NCBI GenBank assembly: GCA_036405175.1
Contig: DASWYC010000002.1
Coordinates: 403,714-467,713 of the forward strand
Source: Minisyncoccota bacterium
Lineage (GTDB): Bacteria > Patescibacteriota > Minisyncoccia > Phycocordibacterales > UBA1006
Direction: 5' to 3'
Length of the DNA stretch: 64,000 bases
Both the position numbers and the translations under genes were made by a program. Every line of letters starts with the position of its first letter. Position 1 is the first letter of the stretch. Shown one piece after another: positions 23,307 to 32,244 of the stretch. The notes beneath the pieces are model-generated. The model had not been told where the DNA came from. It ran no database searches and was given only the letters and a program-made list of their open reading frames with translations.

Positions 23307-24794
23307 ATGTACACCATGCTTAGTATTATTTTTGACAAACTCAGCCGATTCTCTCCTATCAAAAAGCTTTGTTTTATTCTCTTTGGTATCCTTGCAACAA
23401 CAAGCTTGGTTGTTGTTTTGATAATGGCACCTCGCGTTCTTCTTGCGCGCGAACCAATCAAAGGCGGGCGTATTAAGATTGCCCTCAATAGTTCAGTAGA
23501 AATTCCACTTCCCTATCAAGAGCAAACGTTGGCTGATCTTATGATAAGTCGGTTAGTATTTGGACAGGCAGGTTTTATACGAGAAGGAGAACTCATTCCT
23601 GATCTTGCAGAAAGTATTACAATCGAAGAAGGCAATACCATAATTACTCCTCATGCCCATATTTCTTTTCACAATGGAACCCCTATTACCGCAGAAGACA
23701 TCATGTATTCTTTAAATGAAGCATTTAATAAAAGCACTATCTCAAGTATTCCTCAAATTGAAATTACTAACACTGGCGTGATCATTCATTCATTTACCAA
23801 CACATCACCATACTTCCGTGAGATTATTGAGGCACCCTGGATATCTGAAGAATTATTTAAGCAAACTCCGCCAATCAAACGCATCAGTAATCTTGAAGCG
23901 ATTCTTGCTTCAGGTTCTGGTCCTTACAAAATCACCAGCTCACCAACAAGTACTCATATTACTTTGCGTCATGTTCGCAATTATCCAGGACCATACTTTG
24001 CCTACAGTATTAATCTTTCAACGCATGCAGATATTTCTAACTCGCATACGCTATCACGTAATGAGGTAGTCGTGCAGGAATCAGAATCTCTTGTATTGCC
24101 TCAGCTTCCCGAAGATACAGAACCGCTTATGCTTCCGACAAAAAAGATTATTGGTCTTTTGATTGGCAAAAAGTTACCAACGGAACAAATTACTCCTATT
24201 ACATCGTTGATTCGTTCAACAGAACTCCACAACAAAGCGCTTGGAACATCGCAGTTCAGCATGATTCCATTTGATACCAAGATTCCAGAAGCATCTGTAG
24301 CACCTTCAAACCCTGCACGATTTGAACTTCTCTATCCTGAAAATTTATACTTCAAAACACTTGCAGAACGTATTCAACAGCAGGCACAAGAGCAATCTAT
24401 TGCCCTCACTATTACGCCGGTAAAAAACTATAATCTTAAGGCGCTTATTGAACAGCGCAACTTTGATGCACTTTTGTACGGTTACGAAATTAATACCCCA
24501 ACCGATATTCAACTCTTCTTTAAAGGTACCAATACCTATCCGGTAGGACTTAATATATTTGGTATTAACAGTTCAGAAATTGATACCTTAGTCAGTGGAA
24601 TTGTGCCGTCTCAATATTCTTCACTTAATGAAAAACTCCTTGCAACAAAAGCGTTTATTCCTTTTCTTTCTCCACACACGCTCATCTTTGCAAAAAAGTC
24701 AGTTCGTGGTATAGTTAATTACGATAAAGATAGATCACTTGATCTCTCTCAAGAACCTCGCTTTTGGTACACATCTGAAAAATTTATCTGGTAA
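23307..24794 (+). CDS. Divergent ABC-transporter family-5 (OppA-like) substrate-binding protein
   Basis: LIPDLAES, FHNGTPITAEDIMYS, GSGPYKI, RNFDALLYG; N-terminal TM segment. Confidence 0.75.
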   Translation: MYTMLSIIFDKLSRFSPIKKLCFILFGILATTSLVVVLIMAPRVLLAREPIKGGRIKIALNSSVEIPLPYQEQTLADLMISRLVFGQAGFIREGELIPDLAESITIEEGNTIITPHAHISFHNGTPITAEDIMYSLNEAFNKSTISSIPQIEITNTGVIIHSFTNTSPYFREIIEAPWISEELFKQTPPIKRISNLEAILASGSGPYKITSSPTSTHITLRHVRNYPGPYFAYSINLSTHADISNSHTLSRNEVVVQESESLVLPQLPEDTEPLMLPTKKIIGLLIGKKLPTEQITPITSLIRSTELHNKALGTSQFSMIPFDTKIPEASVAPSNPARFELLYPENLYFKTLAERIQQQAQEQSIALTITPVKNYNLKALIEQRNFDALLYGYEINTPTDIQLFFKGTNTYPVGLNIFGINSSEIDTLVSGIVPSQYSSLNEKLLATKAFIPFLSPHTLIFAKKSVRGIVNYDKDRSLDLSQEPRFWYTSEKFIW

Positions 24795-24860
24795 GTAAGA
24801 TTGGTAATCCCCGCGAGTTCTCATCAGTGCTTTTATTAGCTATTAGAAATTATTTTATTT

Positions 24861-26888
24861 ATGAACAATCATCCACAAGGTGACGATCGGCGCGAGAATT
24901 CTCACAAGAATAAAGATGGGAAATTCCATACGCGTGTATTCCGCAAGGAAGAATCGACGGTCACCAAGCCAACACTCCATAAGAGTTTTGTGCAAAAAAA
25001 CAATACACCTAATAAGCAGGCGATTGCATCTGCATTTGTTGAGAAAAAGAAATTTGAACCTCGCCAGCAGCAGAATCGCAATAATCATCATCGCGGTCAT
25101 CAACAGCGTGATCATCATGATAACAATCACAACGAGGATTCTCATGACAATCTTGTGTCAGTTGAACCATTTGGAACAGAAGGTGTTGATCGCTTCCCTG
25201 TTGCAGAAAAAGATGTGGTACGTGTAGTACCTGTCTGCGGTGTTGAAGGTATTGGAACCAACATGTTCTTTATTGAATACAATGACCAGATCGTTGTGCT
25301 TGATGCAGGACTTGGGTTTGCCACTGAAGCTACTCCGGGAATTAATTACACTATTCCTGATGTTTCATATCTTAAACTCCACAAGCATAAGATTAAGGCT
25401 CTCGTGATTACTCACGGTCACCTTGACCACGTAGGAGGAATTCCATTTGTAATGGAAGCTATGGGAATGCCACCAATTTATACCCGTGAATTTGGTGCCC
25501 TCTTTATTAAGAAAAAACTTTCTGAATATCCTCATCTTAAAAACGTTGAAATTCGTGTAGTTGAAAAAGACGACGGCTATTTGAAACTTTCAGAAGATTT
25601 GAAAGTTAGATTCTTTGGACTTACTCACTCAATTCCTGACTCAACCGGGGTTATTATCATGACGCCGCTTGGAGGCATTCTTTCAACGGGAGACGTTCGT
25701 GTAGAGTCACGCAATGGAGAAGTATATCCAAGCGAATACGAACAGTATGCATTCCTTAAGAACGAAAATATCTTACTTGGAATGATCGACTCTACCGGTA
25801 TTGAAAAAACTGGCTGGTCAATTCCAGAAGATACCGTAGTTGAAAATGTTGATCACATTATTAAGGATGCTCCTGGACGTCTCTTTATTTCTTGTTTTGC
25901 ATCTCAGGTTGAACGCATTATGCAGTTTGCCGAAAGTGCTAAGAAATACGGAAAGTATGTGTTCTTTGATGGACGCTCGCTTCAATCAAATATGGCAATC
26001 GTTGATTTCCTCAAATTGAGCGATTTCCAACACGTATATCCAATTGAAGACGTTGATAAATATCCACCTCATAAAGTTGTGATTATTTTGACCGGCTCAC
26101 AAGGAGAAAAGTTTGCATCGCTTGATCGTTTGATTAATAAGTCTCATCGTTTCTTGCGATTCCAACCAACAGATACTGTAGTTCTTTCATCATCAATTGT
26201 TCCAGGGAATGATTATTCTGTGGCACAGCTGAAGAATGCATTGTATCGCAACCTTGAGCGCGTTATTACTTATAACGATACTCAGGTTCACGCGTCAGGA
26301 CACGGAACTCGCGAGGAGTTGTTGTGGATTCACCGTCAAATCGGGTATAAATATTTTGCACCAGTACACGGAGAACCGTACATGACTCGCCTCCATGCAC
26401 GCCTAGCAAAAGAAATCCTTGGTGTTCAAAAAGATAATATCTTGGTGTGTGACAACGGATCAGTAATGGAATTCCGCAACAATGGAGAAATTGTTGGAGC
26501 GGTACTTGATAAAAAACTTCCAACTGAAAGAATTATTGTTGATGGAAGTTATGTTGGACCAATGCGCCAAGTAGTGATTGATGATCGTATCCGTCTTGGA
26601 GAATCAGGAATCTTTACTATTGTGGTAACGCTTGACCCTAAGAGCTTACGCTTTAAGAAGTCTCCGGACATTCTCTCACGAGGAACTGTATACTTGCGTG
26701 ACTCACAAAAGCTTCTCAATAACTTGAGAAATCTTACCAAGCGTACTATTGAGTATTATCTTGCTAACTGCAACGGAAATCCTGATTTTGATGAAGCCAA
26801 GAAAATACTTGGTGACAAAGTTGCAAAATACATTGCACAGAAAATTGATAAAGAACCTATTGTCATTCCGGTGATTATTAGTGTTTAA
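24861..26888 (+). CDS. rnj: Ribonuclease J with N-terminal low-complexity extension
   Basis: THGHLDHVGG, HSIPD, TGD, TGSQGE, HASGH, PVHGE, PIVIPVI. Confidence 0.96.
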   Translation: MNNHPQGDDRRENSHKNKDGKFHTRVFRKEESTVTKPTLHKSFVQKNNTPNKQAIASAFVEKKKFEPRQQQNRNNHHRGHQQRDHHDNNHNEDSHDNLVSVEPFGTEGVDRFPVAEKDVVRVVPVCGVEGIGTNMFFIEYNDQIVVLDAGLGFATEATPGINYTIPDVSYLKLHKHKIKALVITHGHLDHVGGIPFVMEAMGMPPIYTREFGALFIKKKLSEYPHLKNVEIRVVEKDDGYLKLSEDLKVRFFGLTHSIPDSTGVIIMTPLGGILSTGDVRVESRNGEVYPSEYEQYAFLKNENILLGMIDSTGIEKTGWSIPEDTVVENVDHIIKDAPGRLFISCFASQVERIMQFAESAKKYGKYVFFDGRSLQSNMAIVDFLKLSDFQHVYPIEDVDKYPPHKVVIILTGSQGEKFASLDRLINKSHRFLRFQPTDTVVLSSSIVPGNDYSVAQLKNALYRNLERVITYNDTQVHASGHGTREELLWIHRQIGYKYFAPVHGEPYMTRLHARLAKEILGVQKDNILVCDNGSVMEFRNNGEIVGAVLDKKLPTERIIVDGSYVGPMRQVVIDDRIRLGESGIFTIVVTLDPKSLRFKKSPDILSRGTVYLRDSQKLLNNLRNLTKRTIEYYLANCNGNPDFDEAKKILGDKVAKYIAQKIDKEPIVIPVIISV

Positions 26889-26899
26889 TGCATCAGACT

Positions 26900-26947
26900 G
26901 ATGGCATCAAAAAATTAGCACATTCGTGCTAATTTTTTGATGCCATC
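26900..26947. terminator. Perfect 22-bp inverted repeat / terminator
   Basis: gatggcatcaaaaaattagcac-attc-gtgctaattttttgatgccatc. Confidence 0.75.
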
Positions 26948-26978
26948 TTCTTTATTCAGTTTCATAAAAAAGAACTCA

Positions 26979-27512
26979 CTACCCAGTGAGTTCTTTTTTG
27001 AGATAGACAAGAGTATTCTCGTCATTGAGTTGATGCCATACGAATTTAAATCCGCTTACCAAAGCAAGATTTCGCGATATCTCATTGTCTTTATCAATCT
27101 TTGAAACAATGAGGGTATTCGGCTCTTTAACCGAGTCAACCCTATCAACAATCTTTCGTGCTTCGTTGAGGATGTGCTTCATCATTCCTTTTCTTCGCAT
27201 ACTGCGAATAATAACGTATTCAAGGGAAGCAGCTCGGCTTATTGTTTGTCCATATTGCTCAGATATGAAATAAATATTAAACATTCCGACGGGAATTTCT
27301 TCGTAGAAGATTACAAAACATTTCCATGATTCTTTATCGGTAAGGTTTTTATACTTTTCAATAAAACTTTGTATGCTGCTTGCAAGGATAAAGTCCCGCC
27401 CCAAGAAAACCCTTTCTTGTTCGAGCAAGTCTGCACGTAGCGCGCTAATAAATCCCTTATGCTGACGCGAAAGTTCGTCCAGCCGGATATCTTCGTTGAT
27501 TTCTATTGTCAT
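26979..27512 (-). CDS. GNAT-fold (RimL-like) acetyltransferase
   Basis: SMRRKGMMK (motif A-like) and DNEISRNLALVSGF (motif B-like). Confidence 0.65.
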   Translation of the reverse strand: MTIEINEDIRLDELSRQHKGFISALRADLLEQERVFLGRDFILASSIQSFIEKYKNLTDKESWKCFVIFYEEIPVGMFNIYFISEQYGQTISRAASLEYVIIRSMRRKGMMKHILNEARKIVDRVDSVKEPNTLIVSKIDKDNEISRNLALVSGFKFVWHQLNDENTLVYLKKELTG

Positions 27513-27572
27513 GTTATTTGTTTTTAATTTCCTCCACAATAGCATACTTATCAGGAATGGTAAACTATATCC

Positions 27573-28745
27573 ATGCGTAAAGTTTTTTCTCAGTCTATGA
27601 TTCTGGCACTTTTTGTGGCATTTTTGTATGAATCAGAAAGCGCCCTGCTTTCCTATATTAACTCAACATTTTTGACAGAAAACTTCAATCTAAGTGCTGA
27701 TCAGGTAGGATTATTGTTTAGTGCAGGGTCTATTATCTCGCTTATCCTGCTATTTATTGCCCCAAAATATATTTACAAATTTGGAAAGCAAAAGATTCTT
27801 GTTACGTTTTCTTTAATAACAGCTCTTTGTGTATTCTTAGTTTCAAGTATTCCATTTCCGCTGGCGGCATTTATGTTTATTCTGTTCTTAGCAGGAAACC
27901 AGATTATTTGGTATCTGATTGATCTTGAAGTTGAAGATGAAACACCTGTTAAAGATACTGGGCGCATGCGAGGAGTTCTATTTACCCTTCTAAATTTTTC
28001 CTGGCTCATCTTTCCTGCGCTTGCTGCGCGACTTATTGGGCATGGAATCTCACTTTCTGCATTTTATACCTGGACAGCCGTTGCGCTCGTCACCATTGCA
28101 ATCACCACCCTTCTTCAACCAGATTCTAGAATGACACCAAAGATCTCACCATCTCAGGTTTCATATGCCCATATTCTTGAATTCTTTAAGAGCACCGAGC
28201 GCAATATACTGTTTGGTGTTCACCTTATTTTAAAGATTTTCTATGCAGTGATGATTATTTATACACCGCTCTACTTGCGTGAAGTACAAAACATTCCCTG
28301 GTCGCAAATTGATGGTATCTTTTTTGTAATGTTACTACCATTTGTACTGTTAGAATTTCCGATTGGTTATCTTGAAGATAAAAAATTTAAAGAACACTTT
28401 TTCTTACGTATTGGTTTTGTGGTTATGTTTATTTCGCTTATTGTATTTGTCTTAACTACTTCACCCAAGTGGATTATATGGGCACTTATTTTATTCAGCA
28501 CCCGTATTGGAGCAGCACTCATTGAAGTGAGTGCTGAGTCTGCATTCTTTAAAAAAATTAAACGTTCTGAGATTGAATTTATATCAGTATTTAGAAGTGC
28601 AACACCTATTGCCTTTATTGTGACACCGATTTTTGCATCAGTTCTTATTTCTTCATCAAGTCAGATTTTAGCTGCGTTTACTATCCCAATCGTACTAAGT
28701 GGTTTAGGATTCTATAAATCGTGGCAGCTTTCTCGATTAAAATAA
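27573..28745 (+). CDS. MFS transporter
   Basis: About 12 TM segments, KFGKQK loop, GRMRG. Confidence 0.85.
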   Translation: MRKVFSQSMILALFVAFLYESESALLSYINSTFLTENFNLSADQVGLLFSAGSIISLILLFIAPKYIYKFGKQKILVTFSLITALCVFLVSSIPFPLAAFMFILFLAGNQIIWYLIDLEVEDETPVKDTGRMRGVLFTLLNFSWLIFPALAARLIGHGISLSAFYTWTAVALVTIAITTLLQPDSRMTPKISPSQVSYAHILEFFKSTERNILFGVHLILKIFYAVMIIYTPLYLREVQNIPWSQIDGIFFVMLLPFVLLEFPIGYLEDKKFKEHFFLRIGFVVMFISLIVFVLTTSPKWIIWALILFSTRIGAALIEVSAESAFFKKIKRSEIEFISVFRSATPIAFIVTPIFASVLISSSSQILAAFTIPIVLSGLGFYKSWQLSRLK

Positions 28746-28746
28746 T

Positions 28747-29523
28747 CTAAGTAATTTTATAAAAACGATTGAAATTTTGAAGTATTATTTCTTCAAGAGA
28801 TTCTTGAGGGATTCCTTTTACTTCTGCAATATGTCTGTATACTTCTTCAACATATTTTGGATAACAGGTCTGCCCACGATACTTTTTTGGTGAAACAAAT
28901 GGTGCGTCAGTTTCAAAAAGCATTCTATCGAGCGGTACATATTTGAGAACTTCATCAAATTCAGCAGTTAATGTAACGACACCGGTGAATGAAAGCATGC
29001 ATCCGCAATCAAGAAATCTTTGAGCATAGTTTTTATTACCAACATAAAAATGAATTTGTGCACCTTTCCAGCGTGAATCGCTAGTATAATCTGCAAATAC
29101 TCTAAGAGTTTCCTCATATGCATCTAGTGTAAACTTGGTTGAACGTGTATGAATCATGAGTGGCTTGTTATATTTGAGCGACTGTTCAATCTGTGCTCTA
29201 AAAACTTGCTCCTGGTCTGCAATTACGGTAGATTTTTCATCTCTAAAGAAATCAAAACCACACTCACCAATTCCGATTACTCGTGATTGATTAATAAGTT
29301 CATCAATAAATGAAATATCTTTCCCGTCACAAATATCACTTGGATGAATACCCACCGTGGCAAAAATATTTTGATTTTGTGCAGCCAACTTAGCGGCATA
29401 TTCTGAGGTTTCTTTATTAATTCCAACGCACACCATCTGCATATCTACATGACTCTGTAGAACCTCTGCCTCTTCATGTGTAAGTGGTGCCAAATTTAAA
29501 TGACAATGTGAATCCAAAAGCAT
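28747..29523 (-). CDS. tatD: TatD-family nuclease
   Basis: DSHCHL, GIHP, IGECGFD, IHTR, FETDAPF. Confidence 0.93.
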   Translation of the reverse strand: MLLDSHCHLNLAPLTHEEAEVLQSHVDMQMVCVGINKETSEYAAKLAAQNQNIFATVGIHPSDICDGKDISFIDELINQSRVIGIGECGFDFFRDEKSTVIADQEQVFRAQIEQSLKYNKPLMIHTRSTKFTLDAYEETLRVFADYTSDSRWKGAQIHFYVGNKNYAQRFLDCGCMLSFTGVVTLTAEFDEVLKYVPLDRMLFETDAPFVSPKKYRGQTCYPKYVEEVYRHIAEVKGIPQESLEEIILQNFNRFYKIT

Positions 29524-29526
29524 ACA

Positions 29527-30963
29527 CTATTTACGTTCAAAGAGCGGTGTTGCGGGCATCGTATTAATACTAATAGCAAGCAAAATCTGATGAGCGGCAC
29601 CAGGAATAAGTGGTGTCAAATGAGTAGCAACTTTATAGAGTTTCTGCACCAATTCCTTAATCATTGCTTTTCCTTTTTCTTCGTCTTCTTTCACAACTTT
29701 AAATGGAGCTTGTTCAGAAATATAAGTATCAATTTCTTTAATCCAACTAAATACCAAATCGTAAGCTTTTTGAGAATCCAAATCTTCCTCCATAAGACGT
29801 ACAAATTCTGGATCAAATTCAGGAGTATCTTGGGGCATATCATGCGCCTGCAACCAAGTTTCTGAAAGCTTCATAATACGATTAGTAAGATTTCCAATAC
29901 CATTTACCAAATGAGCGTTATACCATTCTGCTGCATACTTGTGACTAAAGTCAGAATCTTCAAACATTGAAAGATGACGAATGAGCATATAACGGAGGGC
30001 ATCCAACCCATACGCTTCAATAACTTCTGCTGGTGCTACAACATTGCCTAAAGACTTAGACATCTTTATACCGCCCTCGGCCATAATAAATCCGTTATCG
30101 ACCAAATACTCTGTTGGCTTAATACCAATAGATAGGAGCATTGATTGCCACATTGCTGTTTGCTGACGCAGATTATCTTTACCAAAAAATTGATAGGTGG
30201 TTCCTTCATTCCAAAATTCATCAAACTGTTGCCCATCCGGCCAACCAAGTGTTGAGATATAATTTACGAGCGCATCAAACCATACATACATCACCTGCGA
30301 GTCATCTCCGGGAACCAAAATTCCCCACGGCATTTTTTCTCTTGATCGCGATATTGAAAAATCCTGAAGACCGCGCTCAATAAATGATGTGATTTCTTTT
30401 TGACGATGTACGGGAAATACTACTGACTTTTTATCAGTATACATTTTAAGAAGCTTATCCTGAAACTTTGAAAACGCAAAGAAATAATTTTCTTCCTGAA
30501 TAATTTCCAGATCACGATTAGGGTGAAGCGGACAACGCCCATCAACAAGTTCCGAATCGGTTTTTTCAAGCTCACATCCGACACAATACTTTGCATTATA
30601 GGTAGCTTTATAAATATATCCGGCAGCTTCGCAGCGCTTCCAAAACTCTTGGGCAGCTAAAATATGATGGGTGTCGGTGGTACGAATAAAATGAACAGAA
30701 GTGTGGATACCAAGCTCCTCAAGAAGTTGTTTAAACTTTGCTGCATTAGTATCTACATAGTCTTGAACAGGAACTCCTTCTTTTTCTGCAGCCTCCCAGA
30801 GCTTTTTTCCATGCTCATCGGTTCCCGTACTAAAAAACACGTTATGTCCTTTTTGGATATAATAGCGCGCCAACACATCAGCACGAATAATTTCCTTAGC
30901 AAAACCAATGTGTGGCTCTGCATTAACATATGGAAGGGTTGTGGTGATGTAAATATTTTTCAT
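29527..30963 (-). CDS. metG: Methionine--tRNA ligase (short form)
   Basis: YVNAEPHIG, TGTDEHG, YVWFDAL, KMSKSLGN. Confidence 0.97.
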   Translation of the reverse strand: MKNIYITTTLPYVNAEPHIGFAKEIIRADVLARYYIQKGHNVFFSTGTDEHGKKLWEAAEKEGVPVQDYVDTNAAKFKQLLEELGIHTSVHFIRTTDTHHILAAQEFWKRCEAAGYIYKATYNAKYCVGCELEKTDSELVDGRCPLHPNRDLEIIQEENYFFAFSKFQDKLLKMYTDKKSVVFPVHRQKEITSFIERGLQDFSISRSREKMPWGILVPGDDSQVMYVWFDALVNYISTLGWPDGQQFDEFWNEGTTYQFFGKDNLRQQTAMWQSMLLSIGIKPTEYLVDNGFIMAEGGIKMSKSLGNVVAPAEVIEAYGLDALRYMLIRHLSMFEDSDFSHKYAAEWYNAHLVNGIGNLTNRIMKLSETWLQAHDMPQDTPEFDPEFVRLMEEDLDSQKAYDLVFSWIKEIDTYISEQAPFKVVKEDEEKGKAMIKELVQKLYKVATHLTPLIPGAAHQILLAISINTMPATPLFERK

Positions 30964-30967
30964 AGAT

Positions 30968-32176
30968 TTACTTTACAATATCGATTTTTGCAAATCGCTT
31001 TTTACCGATCTTTAAAATACATGAAGTATCCATCGTTGCTTTTGGATCAGAAATGGTGGATTCTTCATCTCCTACAACTTTTACCGCTCCTTCTTCAACA
31101 AGACGGCGCCAATCAGTTTTTGATGAAACCACCCCACCTTCAATCAAAACCTCTGCAAGCTCTTTACCGCTATTTACCACGAAAGTTTCAATATCATCAG
31201 GAATACCGCCTTTTTGGAATGCAGTTGACCATGACTCTGCTGCTTTTTCGGCAGCTTCTTTTGAGTGGAAAAAGGTAACAATTTCAAATGCCAATTCTTT
31301 TTTGAATTGCATCGGATTTTCTCCAGCCTCTATAGCTGATTTAATTTCTGCAATGCGATTCATTGGAACCCGAGTAATTGATTCAAAATAATTCAAAATA
31401 ACATCATCAACTACTGACATTACCTTTCCATACATATCTTCTGGAGTTGCATTAATTGGAATATAGTTCTTAAGACTCTTTCCCATTGGACGACCGTCTG
31501 CACCAAGAAGAAGTTTCATGGTGATGATTGATTGAGGATCTTGTTTATGCTGTTCCATTAAATGACGTCCCATCAAAAGATTAAAGGTTTGATCAGTTCC
31601 CCCCAATTCAACATCACAGTTGAGTGCAACAGAATCGTAGCCCTGCATAAATGGATACAAAAATTCATCAAATCCAATTGGCTTTCCTTCTTGATAACGA
31701 AGCTTAAACGTCTCGCGATCAAACATTTTTTGAAGCGTTACGGTTTTAGTCATCTGAATAACTTGCAAGAATGTAAGCTTTGAAAGCCACTCTGAGTTGT
31801 AACGAATAGTGGTTTTTGATTCATCAACCGTCTTAAAGAATTGGTTTTTAAATCCCTGCATAAACTCTCCAATTTGTTCTGTTGAAGTTTCTGAACGCTG
31901 ATCAACTTTATCTGAGTGATCACCAACAAGGGTGGTGTAATCTCCGATAATGAGTGTTACTTCATGACCAAGATCTTGGAAATCACGCAACTTACGATGA
32001 ATTACCCCATGACCAAAGTGAAGATCTGACCCGGTTACATCCGTTCCCAATTTAAAGTGAAGCTTCTTTCCTGAAAGGAGTTTTTTTCTAAGTTCTTCAC
32101 CTCCAAAAACTTCGTGAACACCACGTGTTAAAAGCTCATCGAGCTCTGATTCTGTAGGAATACGGACGTTTGACAT
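30968..32176 (-). CDS. tyrS: Tyrosine--tRNA ligase
   Basis: DLHFGH, YPFMQGYD, GGTDQTFN, PMGKS, C-terminal S4-like domain. Confidence 0.96.
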   Translation of the reverse strand: MSNVRIPTESELDELLTRGVHEVFGGEELRKKLLSGKKLHFKLGTDVTGSDLHFGHGVIHRKLRDFQDLGHEVTLIIGDYTTLVGDHSDKVDQRSETSTEQIGEFMQGFKNQFFKTVDESKTTIRYNSEWLSKLTFLQVIQMTKTVTLQKMFDRETFKLRYQEGKPIGFDEFLYPFMQGYDSVALNCDVELGGTDQTFNLLMGRHLMEQHKQDPQSIITMKLLLGADGRPMGKSLKNYIPINATPEDMYGKVMSVVDDVILNYFESITRVPMNRIAEIKSAIEAGENPMQFKKELAFEIVTFFHSKEAAEKAAESWSTAFQKGGIPDDIETFVVNSGKELAEVLIEGGVVSSKTDWRRLVEEGAVKVVGDEESTISDPKATMDTSCILKIGKKRFAKIDIVK

Positions 32177-32211
32177 ATATATGTATAGTAGCAATTTTTA
32201 GCTTAAAAATC

Positions 32212-32244
32212 AAAAACACTCACCGCCCTACGCGTGAGTGTTTT
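32212..32244 (-). terminator. Terminator of the giant gene
   Basis: aaaacactcac...gtgagtgtttt. Confidence 0.7.
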
